Position numbers and translations under genes: made by a program. The notes under the pieces were generated by a model. It saw nothing but the letters and a program-made list of their open reading frames with translations. It did not search any database and was not told where the DNA came from. From an uncultured Nitrososphaeraceae archaeon (GTDB taxonomy: Archaea; Thermoproteota; Nitrososphaeria; Nitrososphaerales; Nitrososphaeraceae), in assembly GCA_963729045.1 (NCBI GenBank), contig CAVSMN010000012.1, positions 288,001 to 352,000 of the forward strand: 64,000 nucleotides of DNA, in the 5' to 3' direction. How positions within the stretch are numbered: position 1 is the stretch's first letter; each line of letters starts with the position of its first letter. Below, piece after piece: positions 63,937-64,000 of the stretch.

Positions 63937-64000
63937 TTAAGCCACTAAGGGTTGCTCTTCTTCCTTCTCAATCTCTGGTTGCTGTTCTTCCTCCTCCTCA
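63937..64000 (-). CDS. Acidic C-terminus of a gene running off the window edge
   Basis: EEEEEQQPEIEKEEEQPLVA* on the minus strand. Confidence 0.5.
   Translation of the reverse strand, partial: EEEEEQQPEIEKEEEQPLVA

Noticed and set aside
1..64000. rRNA, tRNA, integrase, transposase, provirus or defence systems
   Set aside because: No GC-rich structural RNA segments or matching protein motifs were seen. The PIN domain belongs to the housekeeping PINA ATPase, not a toxin-antitoxin pair.

Overview
This AT-rich archaeal window most likely comes from a terrestrial ammonia-oxidising archaeon (Nitrososphaerales, Ca. Nitrosocosmicus-like). That is an inference from Alba, archaeal L1/L10/L12, PINA, the tRNA-intron endonuclease, CofE, and methylmalonyl-CoA mutase with MeaB. 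Bases 1-32 kb are gene-dense core genome: hom, trxB, cysM-tusA, serB-cofE-meaB-mcm, PINA, ilvB-ilvN-leuA-leuB, lsrF-adh, menA-birA, alba, secE, Lrp and the ribosomal stalk genes. Bases 35-41.7 kb hold a sulfonate/taurine/nitrate-type ABC cluster (two binding proteins, a permease and an ATPase). It surrounds a phosphosulfolactate-synthase (ComA)-like TIM barrel with altered active-site motifs fused to a winged-helix DNA-binding domain. This is the best candidate for an undescribed system: an enzyme-derived sulfonate sensor-regulator with candidate operators. The two binding-protein genes share an exact 195-bp tract. Bases 41.7-64 kb are a low-density accessory region with an LpxD-like acyltransferase, a Cys/Met-rich copper storage protein, beta-carbonic anhydrase, UvsE, a K+ channel with a Zn ribbon, an SQR-like flavoprotein, true pseudogenes and a MITE-like element. 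Many conserved genes are split by single-base indels, mostly insertions, which are probably sequencing or assembly errors. I saw no rRNA, tRNA, CRISPR array or intact transposase. All calls come from motif recognition, without database searches.
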